In this document: positions 11,501-22,476 of the stretch, piece after piece | Numbering within the stretch: the stretch's first letter is position 1 | Layout of the letters: the number at the start of each line of letters is the position of its first letter | Assembly (NCBI GenBank): GCA_040954595.2 | Contig: CM082598.2 | Span: 5,967,097-6,031,096 of the forward strand | Length of the DNA stretch: 64,000 nucleotides | Source: Balanoglossus misakiensis | Lineage: Eukaryota; Animalia; Hemichordata | Direction: 5' to 3' | Program-made: the position numbers and the translations under genes | The notes under the pieces: model-generated | What the model was told of the DNA's origin: nothing | Seen by the model: only the letters and a program-made list of their open reading frames with translations | Database searches by the model: none

Positions 11501-14500
11501 ATATTCATGTTGTGATTTCACAGGACGTCTTTTGCTGAAGAAAGTTCTCAAAGAAGCAAAGAAGATGTTTAATGAATATCTAGACATACCGAGTGGCATA
11601 TTTCTTTTGAATTGCCGGGATTCGATGGACAGTGAAATGAAGAAACTCCGCCAATGTTTACATCAGCACAAGGTAACTATGCATTCTTGTATTTAAGTTT
11701 ATTAAAGCTATAACACCTACTACTCTTTTCATTCATGATTTTAAGTTCAAACTTAGAATGGTCCATTTGAACTTTAAAGCTTACTAATGGCTAAACACAA
11801 AATTTAATGTATTACCAACCTCTGATTGTGGCTGTATGTTTACAAGGTAAATAATAAGTGGGTGCCACACCCATTTATTTAGCCTCCCATTGGAAGAGTA
11901 CACAGCTATTGTCGTATGCATATGTGAATTTTAGAATCTCCACAAACTCAATATAACGTCTATCAGCCAAGGATAAGCAGAAGTCTGGAGCTACTTGATA
12001 ACAATATGCCATAAGTGGCAGCTATTTGGGCATTAATTTAAAAAAACCATTGATATGCACATCTTTATTAATAGAAAGTGAAAATGCTTCCAAGCGTGTG
12101 TGCCAAAATAATGGAAAAGAAGAGGGAATTATATGATGACTTCCCAGCTCTTTACTGGACAGAATATGTGACAAGAATCAAAGAAATATACCCCACGATT
12201 GAGGAAAGTTTCTTACGAAAAGCCACGAACTATCTGCATGACATAGGAGAGGTCAGTAACAAGAAACATCATTTTGCTCATCCATTCTCAAGTACCAAAG
12301 TGTTTCTATAGTGACAAATCAGATTTAGTAATTTCACCCTATTAAGGCCAAAAAAATGATATGTGCTGTTCCAATTACATAGTTTTCAAAAATAGGGTAG
12401 GTAGGGAATTTTTTTTATTTGGCATTTGTTTATATCTTTGGCCGCCGTAGTGTAGAATAATGACATCATAGTTCTTGCATGTTTTACGCAATTTTCATAA
12501 ATTTTGTATATTTGACATCGTTGTTTTTTACTTCCTGTTTACGAAGTTCTAAAAAGTTTAGGGTCAGCGGGCTAAAATAAGGGTGGGTCGGGTAATCAGA
12601 ACAGCACATATTTTTTATTTTGGCCTAATGTATGATTGCAATTTTGGGACTCAAAATGGAATCATACATTAATTAAGTTATTCTTATTCCATTTTGAGTC
12701 CCAAAATTTCTGTCATAATAACTTGGTACAAAAAATATGTACCATGATGTTCATACCCATATTTATTCATCCATTTTGACTGCCTGACAACCATTAATTA
12801 TTATTTCTGAAGAGATTTTATTGAATCTTACTATGAACTAAATATGCTCATGTGTGTAGGACTGAAAATGTGCAAATTTATGCAATGAATTATCATCAAA
12901 TTCAACATTCCTTCAATTCAGCTTATATCTATTATCAATTGCATGATCTCATCAAGGTTGTCCATATGCAAATTTGCAGTTTATTGATTAGAAACTGGCA
13001 GAGTGTTATTAAATACAGTATAGTAAATGTAAAGACAGTTTCACCAGTTTCAATAAATTTGAATGAATATTTAACAAATTAGTGCAATTATAGCTTTAAA
13101 TCAGAGGTTATTAAACAAATTTTATGAAACTTACTCGTGATAAATATTTCATAAGTATATTAATAGATAATAGAAATCAGTTGCATTGAAAAAAAAATTG
13201 AAATTTATTGCTTAAATTAAATTTGTACATTTTCAAGTTTTTGTCAAACTATAAACATGTGAGCATAATCAGTTCATAATGGGTCCATGTATGGTAAAAT
13301 ATCCCTTTTTTGTCCTTAGCTTTTGCTTGTGAAGAAGTCATCTCCTGACACAGATGATATTGTTGCATTGGATCCAAAATGGCTGTGCTCCAGAATCTTT
13401 GGGCCGATGTTGGCTACCCATTTATTCGCACAGTTCAGTAGCTGGTTTGACAGACAGACTTTTCACTCCATGAGTGCGATAAAGGATGTACTTGGTAAAG
13501 GTGTCAACTACAAACTTCTTGTCAGACTTCTGGAGGATTTCGAACTTGCTTATCCAGTGTATATAGAGGTGGATCCTACAGATGACGATGTTGAGTCAAA
13601 CACTCATACAGATGAAGATAGCGAACCAGACTCCATAGGTGATGAAGAACGGAAAAAAGCTTTTGTCATACCAGGGCTTCAAGACGACGATATGCCTGAA
13701 GGTCAATGGGAAGTGAGTCGAATGAAGACCATCTACCTTGGAAGACGTTTTGAATGCCACGATGAAACAGATTCCTTTACGGCAGGCTTTTTCCCAAGAT
13801 TACAGACCCGCCTATATAAGCATTTCACAGAGCTTGGCCGACCGCCCAGTGGCTTATGGAAAAATGGTATCAAAGTGTGCCATGATGTTGAAGGTCTTGT
13901 CTTTATGACCAATGGCAGAAGGGCAGTCAATGTCTGTGTACGAGTTGAAGACAAGAAGTTGATTGGGAAGGGCCACAAACTTCTTGAGACGGTTTCCAAA
14001 GCCATACAGGATGTCTTCTCAATCGCATGTCCAGGCAACAGGATGGATCAGCTTATCCTGAGTGCAGATTCTCTTGCAAACCACAGCAACATGGAAAAAG
14101 TAGAGTTTTACACTCTCGATGAGGTGCTGCGTGCAGAAGACATGGGAAAGAAAGTGTACAACAAAAAAGTTGGTAAAGAAGAAGATGTTTGTGACCTACT
14201 TTGTCAAGGTCATGACACGACCATCTTACGAAAGAAGTGGAAACGCTGTGATATCAAATGGATGCTTGAAGATACCAGACAAGAAGTGACCATGAAAATG
14301 GACATTGAGCGTGGACACCCTTCCTTGCACTATGCCACCATGGCCGAATGGATGGGAATCGGGTACCAGGATGTCATGGCACTTGAAAAAGTGGCAAGTC
14401 TAACACGCAGATCAGTTACAGACTGCATCTTCGAAGAGTGGTGTCGCAGATGGATGCAACAACATCAAAGTGGAAAAGCCACAACTACAGCTGCAGGTGC

Positions 14501-14765
14501 CAGAGCCATGTCACATGACATAGATGCCACCAAAGGTCGTATGGCAAAAATGTCACTGTCGTCAACATCGTCACCCCCGCAAGATTCAAGTGAAGAAGCG
14601 AAGGCTCAGAAAACAGCAAGACAGAAGTATCAACGTGAACAGGGACCTCTCTACGAAAGCAACTTTGAGAATCTGTTGGCAATTTTCAAGACCATGGGAA
14701 GAGACGACATGGTAACATTGATTGAAGAGATGTTTGCAGACATTGCGAAAACACCAACAAAATGA
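5495..14765 (+). CDS. DAPK-like ankyrin-ROC-COR-death-domain (ROCO) protein gene, 3' nine exons: 5495-5593, 8114-8227, 9027-9095, 9289-9411, 10589-10828, 11182-11326, 11524-11672, 12075-12251, 13320-14765
   Basis: All exons have AG/GT boundaries and compatible phases, with no in-frame stop until TGA at 14763-14765. Contains ankyrin repeats, P-loop GDGGVGKT, G2 PTPG, G3 WDFAGQ, G4 VASRAD, COR (LHDIGE, LDPKWLC, GFFPRLQ, LWKNGI) and a C-terminal death-like domain. Confidence 0.9.
6768..8028 (-). mobile_element. Non-autonomous Helentron/HINE-like interspersed element
   Basis: Both ends are shared with 22793-23375 (gcgtcaaggacac.gtggtcccatt... and ...ggacctaa); subterminal inverted repeat, microsatellite-like tracts, internal degenerate repeats, inserted in an A-run. 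Confidence 0.65.
8114..8227 (+). CDS. Ankyrin-repeat exon (114 nt, phase 0-0)
   Basis: tag|DGDTALHMAAMCKLPWMDYGKIVKLLLQYGADIDCKNK|gtac. Confidence 0.9.
9027..9095 (+). CDS. Terminal ankyrin/linker exon
   Basis: tag|TGKTPLDVAGKESSKEVLSDYVQ|gtgag. Confidence 0.85.
9289..9411 (+). CDS. ROC GTPase P-loop exon
   Basis: ccag|KRNEY...LKLFFAGDGGVGKTTLLESLQR|gtatgt. Confidence 0.9.
10095..10437. mobile_element. Kolobok-like MITE
   Basis: TTAA|AGGGACAA...TTGTCCCT|TTAA with long imperfect TIRs (ttccattaattatgtttgatacaagacac / gtgtcttgtatcaaacataattaatggaa). Confidence 0.8.
10589..10828 (+). CDS. ROC G2/G3 exon
   Basis: aag|IKETTMESEEREHIPTPGIDV...SVWDFAGQAEYYVTH...FPQ|gtaag. Confidence 0.9.
11182..11326 (+). 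CDS. ROC G4 exon
   Basis: tag|ILFWLRFLKG...KPVVILVASRADRL...AQ G|gttggt (phase 1). Confidence 0.88.
11524..11672 (+). CDS. ROC C-terminal exon
   Basis: cag|(G)RLLLKKV...IFLLNCRDSMDSEMKKLRQCLHQHK|gtaac. Confidence 0.85.
12075..12251 (+). CDS. COR domain exon
   Basis: tag|KVKMLPSVC...FLRKATNYLHDIGE|gtcagt. Confidence 0.88.
12346..12625. mobile_element. Zator-like MITE
   Basis: TAA|GGCCAAAA...atatgtgctgtt / aacagcacatat...TTTTGGCC|TAA; 3-bp TWA TSD. Confidence 0.7.
13320..14765 (+). CDS. COR plus death-like domain terminal exon
   Basis: 480-aa ORF; IVALDPKWLCSRIFG, YLGRRFEC, GFFPRLQ, LWKNGI; C-terminal SVTDCIFEEW...NFENLLAIFKTMGRDDMVTLIE. Confidence 0.9.
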   Translation, partial: LLLVKKSSPDTDDIVALDPKWLCSRIFGPMLATHLFAQFSSWFDRQTFHSMSAIKDVLGKGVNYKLLVRLLEDFELAYPVYIEVDPTDDDVESNTHTDEDSEPDSIGDEERKKAFVIPGLQDDDMPEGQWEVSRMKTIYLGRRFECHDETDSFTAGFFPRLQTRLYKHFTELGRPPSGLWKNGIKVCHDVEGLVFMTNGRRAVNVCVRVEDKKLIGKGHKLLETVSKAIQDVFSIACPGNRMDQLILSADSLANHSNMEKVEFYTLDEVLRAEDMGKKVYNKKVGKEEDVCDLLCQGHDTTILRKKWKRCDIKWMLEDTRQEVTMKMDIERGHPSLHYATMAEWMGIGYQDVMALEKVASLTRRSVTDCIFEEWCRRWMQQHQSGKATTTAAGARAMSHDIDATKGRMAKMSLSSTSSPPQDSSEEAKAQKTARQKYQREQGPLYESNFENLLAIFKTMGRDDMVTLIEEMFADIAKTPTK

Positions 14766-14875
14766 ACAGATAACATCATGGGCATAACAATTATTCCTTC
14801 TGTTATGCAAATTTGCCACCATCATAATTTCTGGGGCGAACACTGGAGTTTATTCTGTCCTCGTCTCGGTATGCC

Positions 14876-15220
14876 TATGGACACATCACATGGACATGAA
14901 TGCAAGAATGGACACAGATCATTTATGAAGTCAATGTGAACAACTTTACATGTAGTGAGGACATTGTAAACAGAATACCAGAGTTGTAATAATTTGTCTG
15001 ATCATAATATGTCTATAGACACATCATGTACATGGACATGAATGCAAGAATGGACACAGATCATTTATGAAGTCAATGTGAACAACTTTACTTGAAGTCA
15101 GTACATTGTAAACAGAATACCAAAGTTGTAATAATTTGCCTGATCACAATGTGTCTATAGACACATCACATAAATGGACATGAATGCAAGAATGGACACA
15201 GGTCATTCATAAAGACAATA
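14876..15220 (+). repeat. About 140-bp tandem repeat (about 2.4 copies) just after the ROCO stop codon
   Basis: ctat(a/g)gacacatca...tggacatgaatgcaagaatggacacag recurs at about 14876, 15013 and 15155. Confidence 0.85.
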
Positions 15221-17619
15221 TCTTGTCAAACGAGAAATCATCTACTTAGCAAGTTCATATTGCAGTATGGTTTTGTCCATTTAATTAAGCTTCCTATATT
15301 GCAAATTTCATAAGCACAATACCTTATTATATCCCAGTACTATATTCAGTTTTTTAAAGTTGATTGTTAGGTTATAAATTTGGCAGATTTTCAAGAGAGA
15401 TTTCTTTGAATTAATTTCTTGCCACAAATGTTAGTATTCATTTCTATTTTTCATGTTAACCAGAAAATTGCTAATGTGGAAGACTGGTATTGTTTTCCAA
15501 GGCATTTTGTTATCCAGTACACATACAATATTTTTGGTTACTTTTATCAAATATTTTTTTTTACTTTTATCAAATAATGTATGATTGATGGTCTTAGGAT
15601 GAAGATATTATTAAAACTTGCCATGCTGAAATATTCATTTTATGTCTGTTGTAAACATTCCTTCGCCTAGTAGTCCATTGGACAGACTCATGGAAAATTT
15701 CAAAATGTATTTTTGGCATCAAAAAATCATAACTCATATTTGAGATTTTAAGGAATATTTGTATTTCCCGGCAAACTGCCTAGAGAGGCAAATGTAAAAA
15801 TATTGAATTTCTTTGACAGAAATCATAACATTATGATAGAAATATATCCGGAGTGACCATCAAATTATGATTTCAAGGATGAGTATACCTTAAGAAGTTT
15901 CTTCGGCAATGCATTGAGAAAAAAGGTAGGACTGGTAATAGAAAAAAATGCTGTAAACAAACAGTGGGTGAAAATAACTGGGTCACATATCCAAACCCTT
16001 AACCCCCTGAAATTAATGGTCCTTCCCTTACCTGACCATTTTCATGTAACGCAATGCACAATGCTTTGCTCGGTGATTATTTCCCGCCAAATATGCTAAT
16101 TTTCACCTGGGAGGTCTTATATCCGCAACTAAATACCCTCGCTAGCCATTTATAACCTCTAATTAGATTGTATTTTCGAATTTTGAGTACACCACTACCT
16201 TAAATAATCTTCGTTTCATATGCATAGTTTTGGCCGCCAAATATACAAAAAGAAGACTTTAGAGACGATCTCTTGTATATGCCTAAACAAAATTGTCCTT
16301 GAAACAGTGTTATTGATATAATTATGTTTGTCAGTCATGCCCATTGTTCTTAGTGCAATTGTGCTAATTAGTTCTGAAATTCTTGTGAAATTCAAATGAG
16401 CATTTTTGGAGATAGCCGTTGAAAGTTGATACGCGTTATATAGTGCGTTACTTAATTCACCTGTTGTATGATGTTTCAAACGAGTAATACTCATAGTCAA
16501 ACTCCCCTGAAACTAACCAGTCTTCACCGGGTATATTTTCTTTAGGCCTATGTTTAGGAAAGGATTTAAACGCTTAGCCATAAACGCGCCTTCCGTTAAT
16601 ACATTTGAAGAATTAGAGATCATCTCTAAAGCCTTTGTTTCGTAGATTTAGGCCGAATTGGGGGTCAAAACTATCGAAGGAAGACCCTGACCTAACTCCC
16701 CTTTAAACCAACAAATTCACACCGGGTTAGTTTTATTTCTTTCATATTTGAATGAGAATTAAAATGCCGTGGAAAAAACCTATTTCCGGGATCGGGAACT
16801 TTCAAAAGTTCCGCAGAATATACCCCATGAGGGCGCTGTTGTTGACCTTCGACCCATTGCCTTTGACCCCGTGCAACGTCTTCCTTGTAAACACATGTGT
16901 GACATGCAGGCTAGCGAATCGGCCAGTTTGTTTTAATGGCACATTTTTCTGTTGTCAACTCCAATGTCGCCTTTCCCATGGACGTTACTTGGCCAGTGTT
17001 CGTTACACATCCAGGACGGTGTCATATTTCTCTCAAAGAATAGCGGAAAACATGCGAAGCCAATGAGCGAGCAACCAGCTGTTTCCTGCAAGTCATGGGT
17101 TCAGACTCCCACACACTGTCCACCATCACTATTCCTATATACAGATTTGGCAGAGTGAGTATTGAAACATTACAGTATTTAGTGTGTTACTAGATCACAG
17201 ATAGTTTTCACGACTAAGTGTGCGGGTAGAATCACATTCGTCGAAATAACGCTGCTGTAGTCCCCTGATTCAGTCCGTAAACAAGGTAAGCTTGAGCCAT
17301 GAACGTTCGACAATCAGTTTCCGCTGAAGATTTCGCCCTATCGCAACTCAGTAACTGGGGCCGAGTGATGCTCCATACATTAAAGTTCATGACTACTCAC
17401 ACAAATTCCAAAATATCAATGTTAAGGCGTGCTTTCAGAGAATAGTCAACCAGAAAATCGACAACAATTAATGACCTCATGTGACTTTTATCATTTGAAT
17501 CAAGCGACCACTGCAGTGTGATTCCGACGTTTGTCGGTAGAACACAGGGAGCTCTTCCTTCTTGTTTGTAGTGTGTGTGTGTGACAAAAATATGTATGTT
17601 TTCAATTATGGTCATTTGT

Positions 17620-18345
17620 CTTGTTCAGGAATCTGGACAAAGGCTCAAGAAATCCTTGCTAAACAAGGGAAAAAAGCTATGTACAATATTAAAAGATATC
17701 TGGGTCAGTTTAAAAACATATAGCTAGCTCTACGAATTTTCGACTGCAAAATTCTTCCAATACTTATGTACGGTAGTGAAGTATGGGGTTTTCATGAGGA
17801 TATTAAAGGATGTTGAAAAAATTCAAATAGATTTCTGTAAATATATACTCAAGGTTAGTTCAATGTCAACCAATTTAGCTGTCTTGGGAGAACTTGGCAG
17901 ACAATCTTTGAAAACGCTTCGTCTACCACGCATTATTAAATACTGGGTAAAATTAATTCATAGCGACAATTATAGATATACTAAGCAATGTTATGATTAC
18001 CAACGTGAAATGGCAGACAAAGGTTATCACTGTTGGGCCAAAAAGGTCAAAGACCTTTTGTGTACCTTTGGATTTGGTATTGCTTGGGAGTCACAGGCTG
18101 TGGGAAACGAATGTCTTTTTCTTTCAAATTTTAAACAAAGATGCTTGGATATTGGTCAGCAGGTATGGCACAGTAAATTGGTCAATTCCACTAAGATGGA
18201 TTCGTATCGTTTATTTAAAAATAATTTGTCTTTTGAAAAATATTTGAATTGTGTAAATATTGAGCTATTTAGAGTCACCCTTTATAAATTTAGAATTTCA
18301 AACCACAAGTATTAATAGAGAGTGGTTGTTTTGAAGGGTTACCAA
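17620..18345 (+). mobile_element. Non-LTR retrotransposon (RTE-X-like) ORF2 3' fragment
   Basis: IFDCKILPILMYGSEVWG / IEKIQIDFCKYILKV..STNLAVLGELGR / IIKYW / FRISNH; contains a stop and frameshift. Confidence 0.85.
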
Positions 18346-19959
18346 GAACTACCTTGAACTTTAGGGTTCAAGGTTGTCCTCAAATTTCAGGTCAAAGTGA
18401 CAAAATGGGCATTATGGATTTTTGTTCAAAATGACACTCTCAGCAAGCGTTTACTTAACACTGTTTGGGTCTAGAATGATCTTATTTGATCTGCAGATAG
18501 AGATGTGTATTGTTTACAAAGATTTTAGATGCAAATTGGACAAGACACTTCTAGGTTCTAAGAATTATGAGAGAAGCTGACATTTTGTCTGATATATTCA
18601 GCTTTCAGAGAGTTAAGTCACAAAAATGACTAGTTCAATTACATCATGCAGTGTTGCTGTGAAATAGATTATCCATATTTACTTCATCATGCAAATGTAA
18701 AATAATTGTCGAACCAAAAGGAATAGGTGACAAATCTAATCTTAGAATAGCCTTCCCTATTCCTAGATTCAGTCTTATTATGAAGTCTTGTTGATTCCAT
18801 GCACCAGATGTTTATCCCAACTGTTACATGTACCTAAGTGTGTCTATGTTATGAAAGTACTCATTTGTTTTCACTGAGAGAGATTTGCAGTTGTTGCACT
18901 AGGATACCAACAAGTCATTGGTGTGAACCCATTATCACTTACTGAGTACATCTAATGATGTCAATTACCACCTGCCATTTTCTCCACACTGAAGTGCAAC
19001 TGATTGTGTTTGACCTCAAACGACTTCCCTTCCTCTCCTACCTGAAAGCAAAGAGAAAACAGTCACCCAAATATATGTGTTGACCCAAGCAAAACATGAA
19101 TAATTAAAGTATTTCAAGTATGTCCACTAAAATTGTAAGGGTTATCTCCTTGTTTGTACCACTCATACTGATGGCTCAAATTAAAACCTCATAAAAAATG
19201 TTGCTAATTTGCATTTAGTATAAATTGACATACAGCTTCAACCCCCCCCCCCCAATTAAAAGTATTGTTTATATCCTCTAATTATACTTTGATCTATTTT
19301 CTGTAAAATACTATGCATTGCCATGTTGTTTTAGGTCCCATTTCGCAAATAATTGGTATATATGTCACTATGGGATCGAACTGGAGGGACACTCATGGAA
19401 GATGCAAATTGTCCTGTACACGTTCCTACATCAAGTGGCCCCTCCAGTTGGCCTTCAGCTATCCCACAACCCACCATGTTTCCAAGATGACGGTAAAGAC
19501 AAACCTCCCCTATAGCATGTTCCGGTAGCATGCATCAGAATGTGTGCTCTATGCTGAAAGTGATTTTTTGTTAGATACCTTAAAATCTTTCATTGAATGT
19601 TTAATGTAGTCTGTCGCAGTTGACAGGAATGTAACTAGTCAAACACAAAAGACAACTTTTCTAAAAGAAAATAATATGAAGAAAGGTACACAGAAAAAGA
19701 GAGTGACTTAAATTGTTAATCTCATATACAGTCAATTCCAATTACTGGTTGCTATTTTCATTCCTGACACATTTCCTAATAGACCCCTTAACTTACACAC
19801 ATATAGGTTATGTTAAGTGGAGAACTGGGTATAGCATGTGCCATAGTTAATTTCACTTTAAATATCACATGTATACATGTGTCTAGTTTTGTACATGAAA
19901 CTCATAAGTATGTCATATTTATTGATTGACTGTCAAATATCCTCCTGTTGTTTGATTAA

Positions 19960-20685
19960 GGTGGCATTGCATGAAACCGTCGAGACTTTTTCAGAGGCCT
20001 ATTTCTCATCAAAGTCAACATTAAAACCCGCATAAACCATATATATTCTGAGTGTTTGAACTTTTGTTTGAGTTGCATATATTATTGATCCCCGGAAATG
20101 GTGGCGTTTTTGGGTTAAAAAAAACATGTTTTGATATTATGTCATTAAATTTAATTTAGGTAAAAAAGTTGACCATGCATCATGCATCTTAATATGTCAT
20201 TCGAAACTAGAGTACACGTGCAAACAAACGGTAATTTTGTTTTACGTTATCTTCTTCCATTGAGGAGTAACAGCGCTTGAAAGTTAGATTTTTTAGAAAA
20301 ATTGATCAAATTCACGGTGAGTTGTATTGAATCAGAGTTTATTCCCGCCAGTGACATTTTATTGACTAACAAAAATCTGTTTTGTTGGATAGGTCACACA
20401 CAATCCCCAGTTAAAATTTGAGCAAATTCGGCCAACGCAGAGCGAAGCTAAATTCTTCTGAATTTGTCAAGAGCAGCGAAAATGCAAACTGAGAAAAACG
20501 GCCATTTGCATTGTTGACACCTATTTGTTAAGTTGTGAACTCATTCAGAAAAGTGCTATTTTTGGGTGATTATGCACCATTTCCGCCAGGACGTATTAGT
20601 CAGGATGTGGATCAGTATTAGGCCTACCGATTTATGTAAAAAAGTAAAATTTGGCAAAAATCACAACTTTTCATGCAATGGCACC
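19960..20685. mobile_element. Kolobok-like non-autonomous element
   Basis: TTAA|GGTGGCATTGCATGAAA...TTTCATGCAATGGCACC|TTAA. Confidence 0.8.
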
Positions 20686-21907
20686 TTAAATGTAAAAATT
20701 ATTTGTTGTAAAAAGCACAATTCTTTTAGTACCATAGATGTCAGTGCTCATTTTAAAGCTGAAAGTGACTTTTTCAAAACTAATTGCAAGAAAATGTAAC
20801 TAAATATTTTAATTTTGCAGTCAAAATGCAACACAGTCAGCTCCGAGCTGCATTTAAAATCCAAACACATGGTGTTATATTCTTAGTAATAAGCAAAGAT
20901 CTGTATCCTATCCACAAAGTATATCATACACACAGTATTATCTTAATGCAGCTTATGAAATTGCTAGAACCATTGTAATATTAGGATCATGATATTTAAA
21001 GAAAAGTAATTATATTTATATTAACAGTATGTAAAAGTTACGAAGATTTAGTGTTGAATGATGATGTGATGTCTGTACGAGCTGTTCCAATACATGGTGA
21101 GTGAATTTCAAAACCTTTTGTTCAGTAAACCTTTCTACTGTCCTGTGATTCCAAAAGGAATTGAAATATTACACATGTACAGGTATATAGTGCAGATTGT
21201 AAAAAAAGCACACTCTGGAAAGGGGTTATGTAAATATTATCTCTATCATTTTAAGGGGCACTGACCACTCCACCCGAGACAATTAGCTAAGGGGTGCGGA
21301 CATCTCAACAGGGGGTGAATCCTTCCAGTCCGTGTCTGGGTCAATCAATCAATCAATTAATCAGTTAGTCAGTCAGTCAGTCAGACAGTCAGTCATATTA
21401 ATTGATTCATTAAGGCATATATAAAACGATATAGCTAGCCTATTGTTCTATGAATGGGCTAACACCCTTGTCATATAAACTTTGGCGAAGTGGTCCCTAG
21501 CTCAGCTAAGGTAGATGGGAGGGACCTGAATCACATGTCCCCATCATAATGAAAGCTGCCAACCCTCTTAGAATGATACTACAGCCTGATCACACTGCCC
21601 TGTCACACTTGTCTATGGGCTACTGCCGTGATCCCAGGGTGTGCAGTTCAAATTTCTGGCCGTTAAATTGTTTTTCGCAAATCTCACTATTTTATAGGTA
21701 TGCATGTATGATAAATGGGTTATCACACGAATTTTAGTCGATAACGTGACACATTCTCGTGATGTTCGTATTTTGACTTGTTGCTTCCGCAACTCGTCAA
21801 AATATGGACATCACTTGAATACGACATGTTATCGACCAAATTTAGTGTAATAACCCCTAAGTACCACCCTCTAATTTTAAAGAACACTAACTATGGAAGC
21901 CCATTAA

Positions 21908-21992
21908 CCCTTTCACAACCAAGGTTCAGTCCAAACCCATTGATTTCCATTAAAAGGTTTGACCTGTATAGAAGGAACTTGGGGTGTAAGGG
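21908..21992. mobile_element. 85-bp piggyBac-type mini-MITE (related copies at about 25050-25138 and 31661-31740)
   Basis: TTAA|CCCTT...AAGGG|TTAA; internal ggttcagtccaa...gacct shared among copies. Confidence 0.65.
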
Positions 21993-22476
21993 TTAAAGGG
22001 ACAAAGTCGCTCTTTTGACTTTTGACTCACTTGCTTTTATAAGACGTAATTCCTACCTTTAAATGTTTCATAAAATGTTTAATCAAATCTGTCTACAATC
22101 ACAGTAGACGTTGTTTACATATGCCTTTTGTTAAATGATTGTTGTTGTATTTCAAATTGTTGTCAGGAGCAGGTGAGAAATACAGTATGATTTCTGAAGG
22201 TCTGAGTACTGCATTGCACTTAGTTGGTGATATGAAGAGTTTACGATATTCAAGGTAATTAATTATGGTAAAATTCTGAGTTTCAAGATCATTCTCTAGA
22301 TATGGCCCCCACTTATTGAGGTGGTTTATCTGTTTATGTAAAGCTCACCATGTCAACCAGGAAGTGATTCTATACAGAAAGTGGAGTACAACTAACGTGT
22401 GAAGTACATTGAAAACTGCCTAGGAAGGACACTTCAGGGACCATAAAATGTCTCCTTAATAGATAGGTGTCCTTAA

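Larger units (their letters stand above)
17063..21096 (+). pseudogene. ELAC2: Decayed ELAC2/RNase Z-like 5' exons (17063-17154, 19335-19492, 21028-21096)
   Basis: Frameshifted exon 1 gives CFLQVMGSDSHT/PPSLFLYTDLA (cf. ELAC2 [25 protein letters not shown]). Exon 19335 gives pieces ISQIIGIYVT / LWDRTGG / PLQL (cf. LDNIFLTRMHWSNVGG...GPPQL). Exon 21028 gives CKSYEDLVLNDDVMSVRAVPIH (cf. [22 protein letters not shown]). GT donors are present. Confidence 0.6.
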
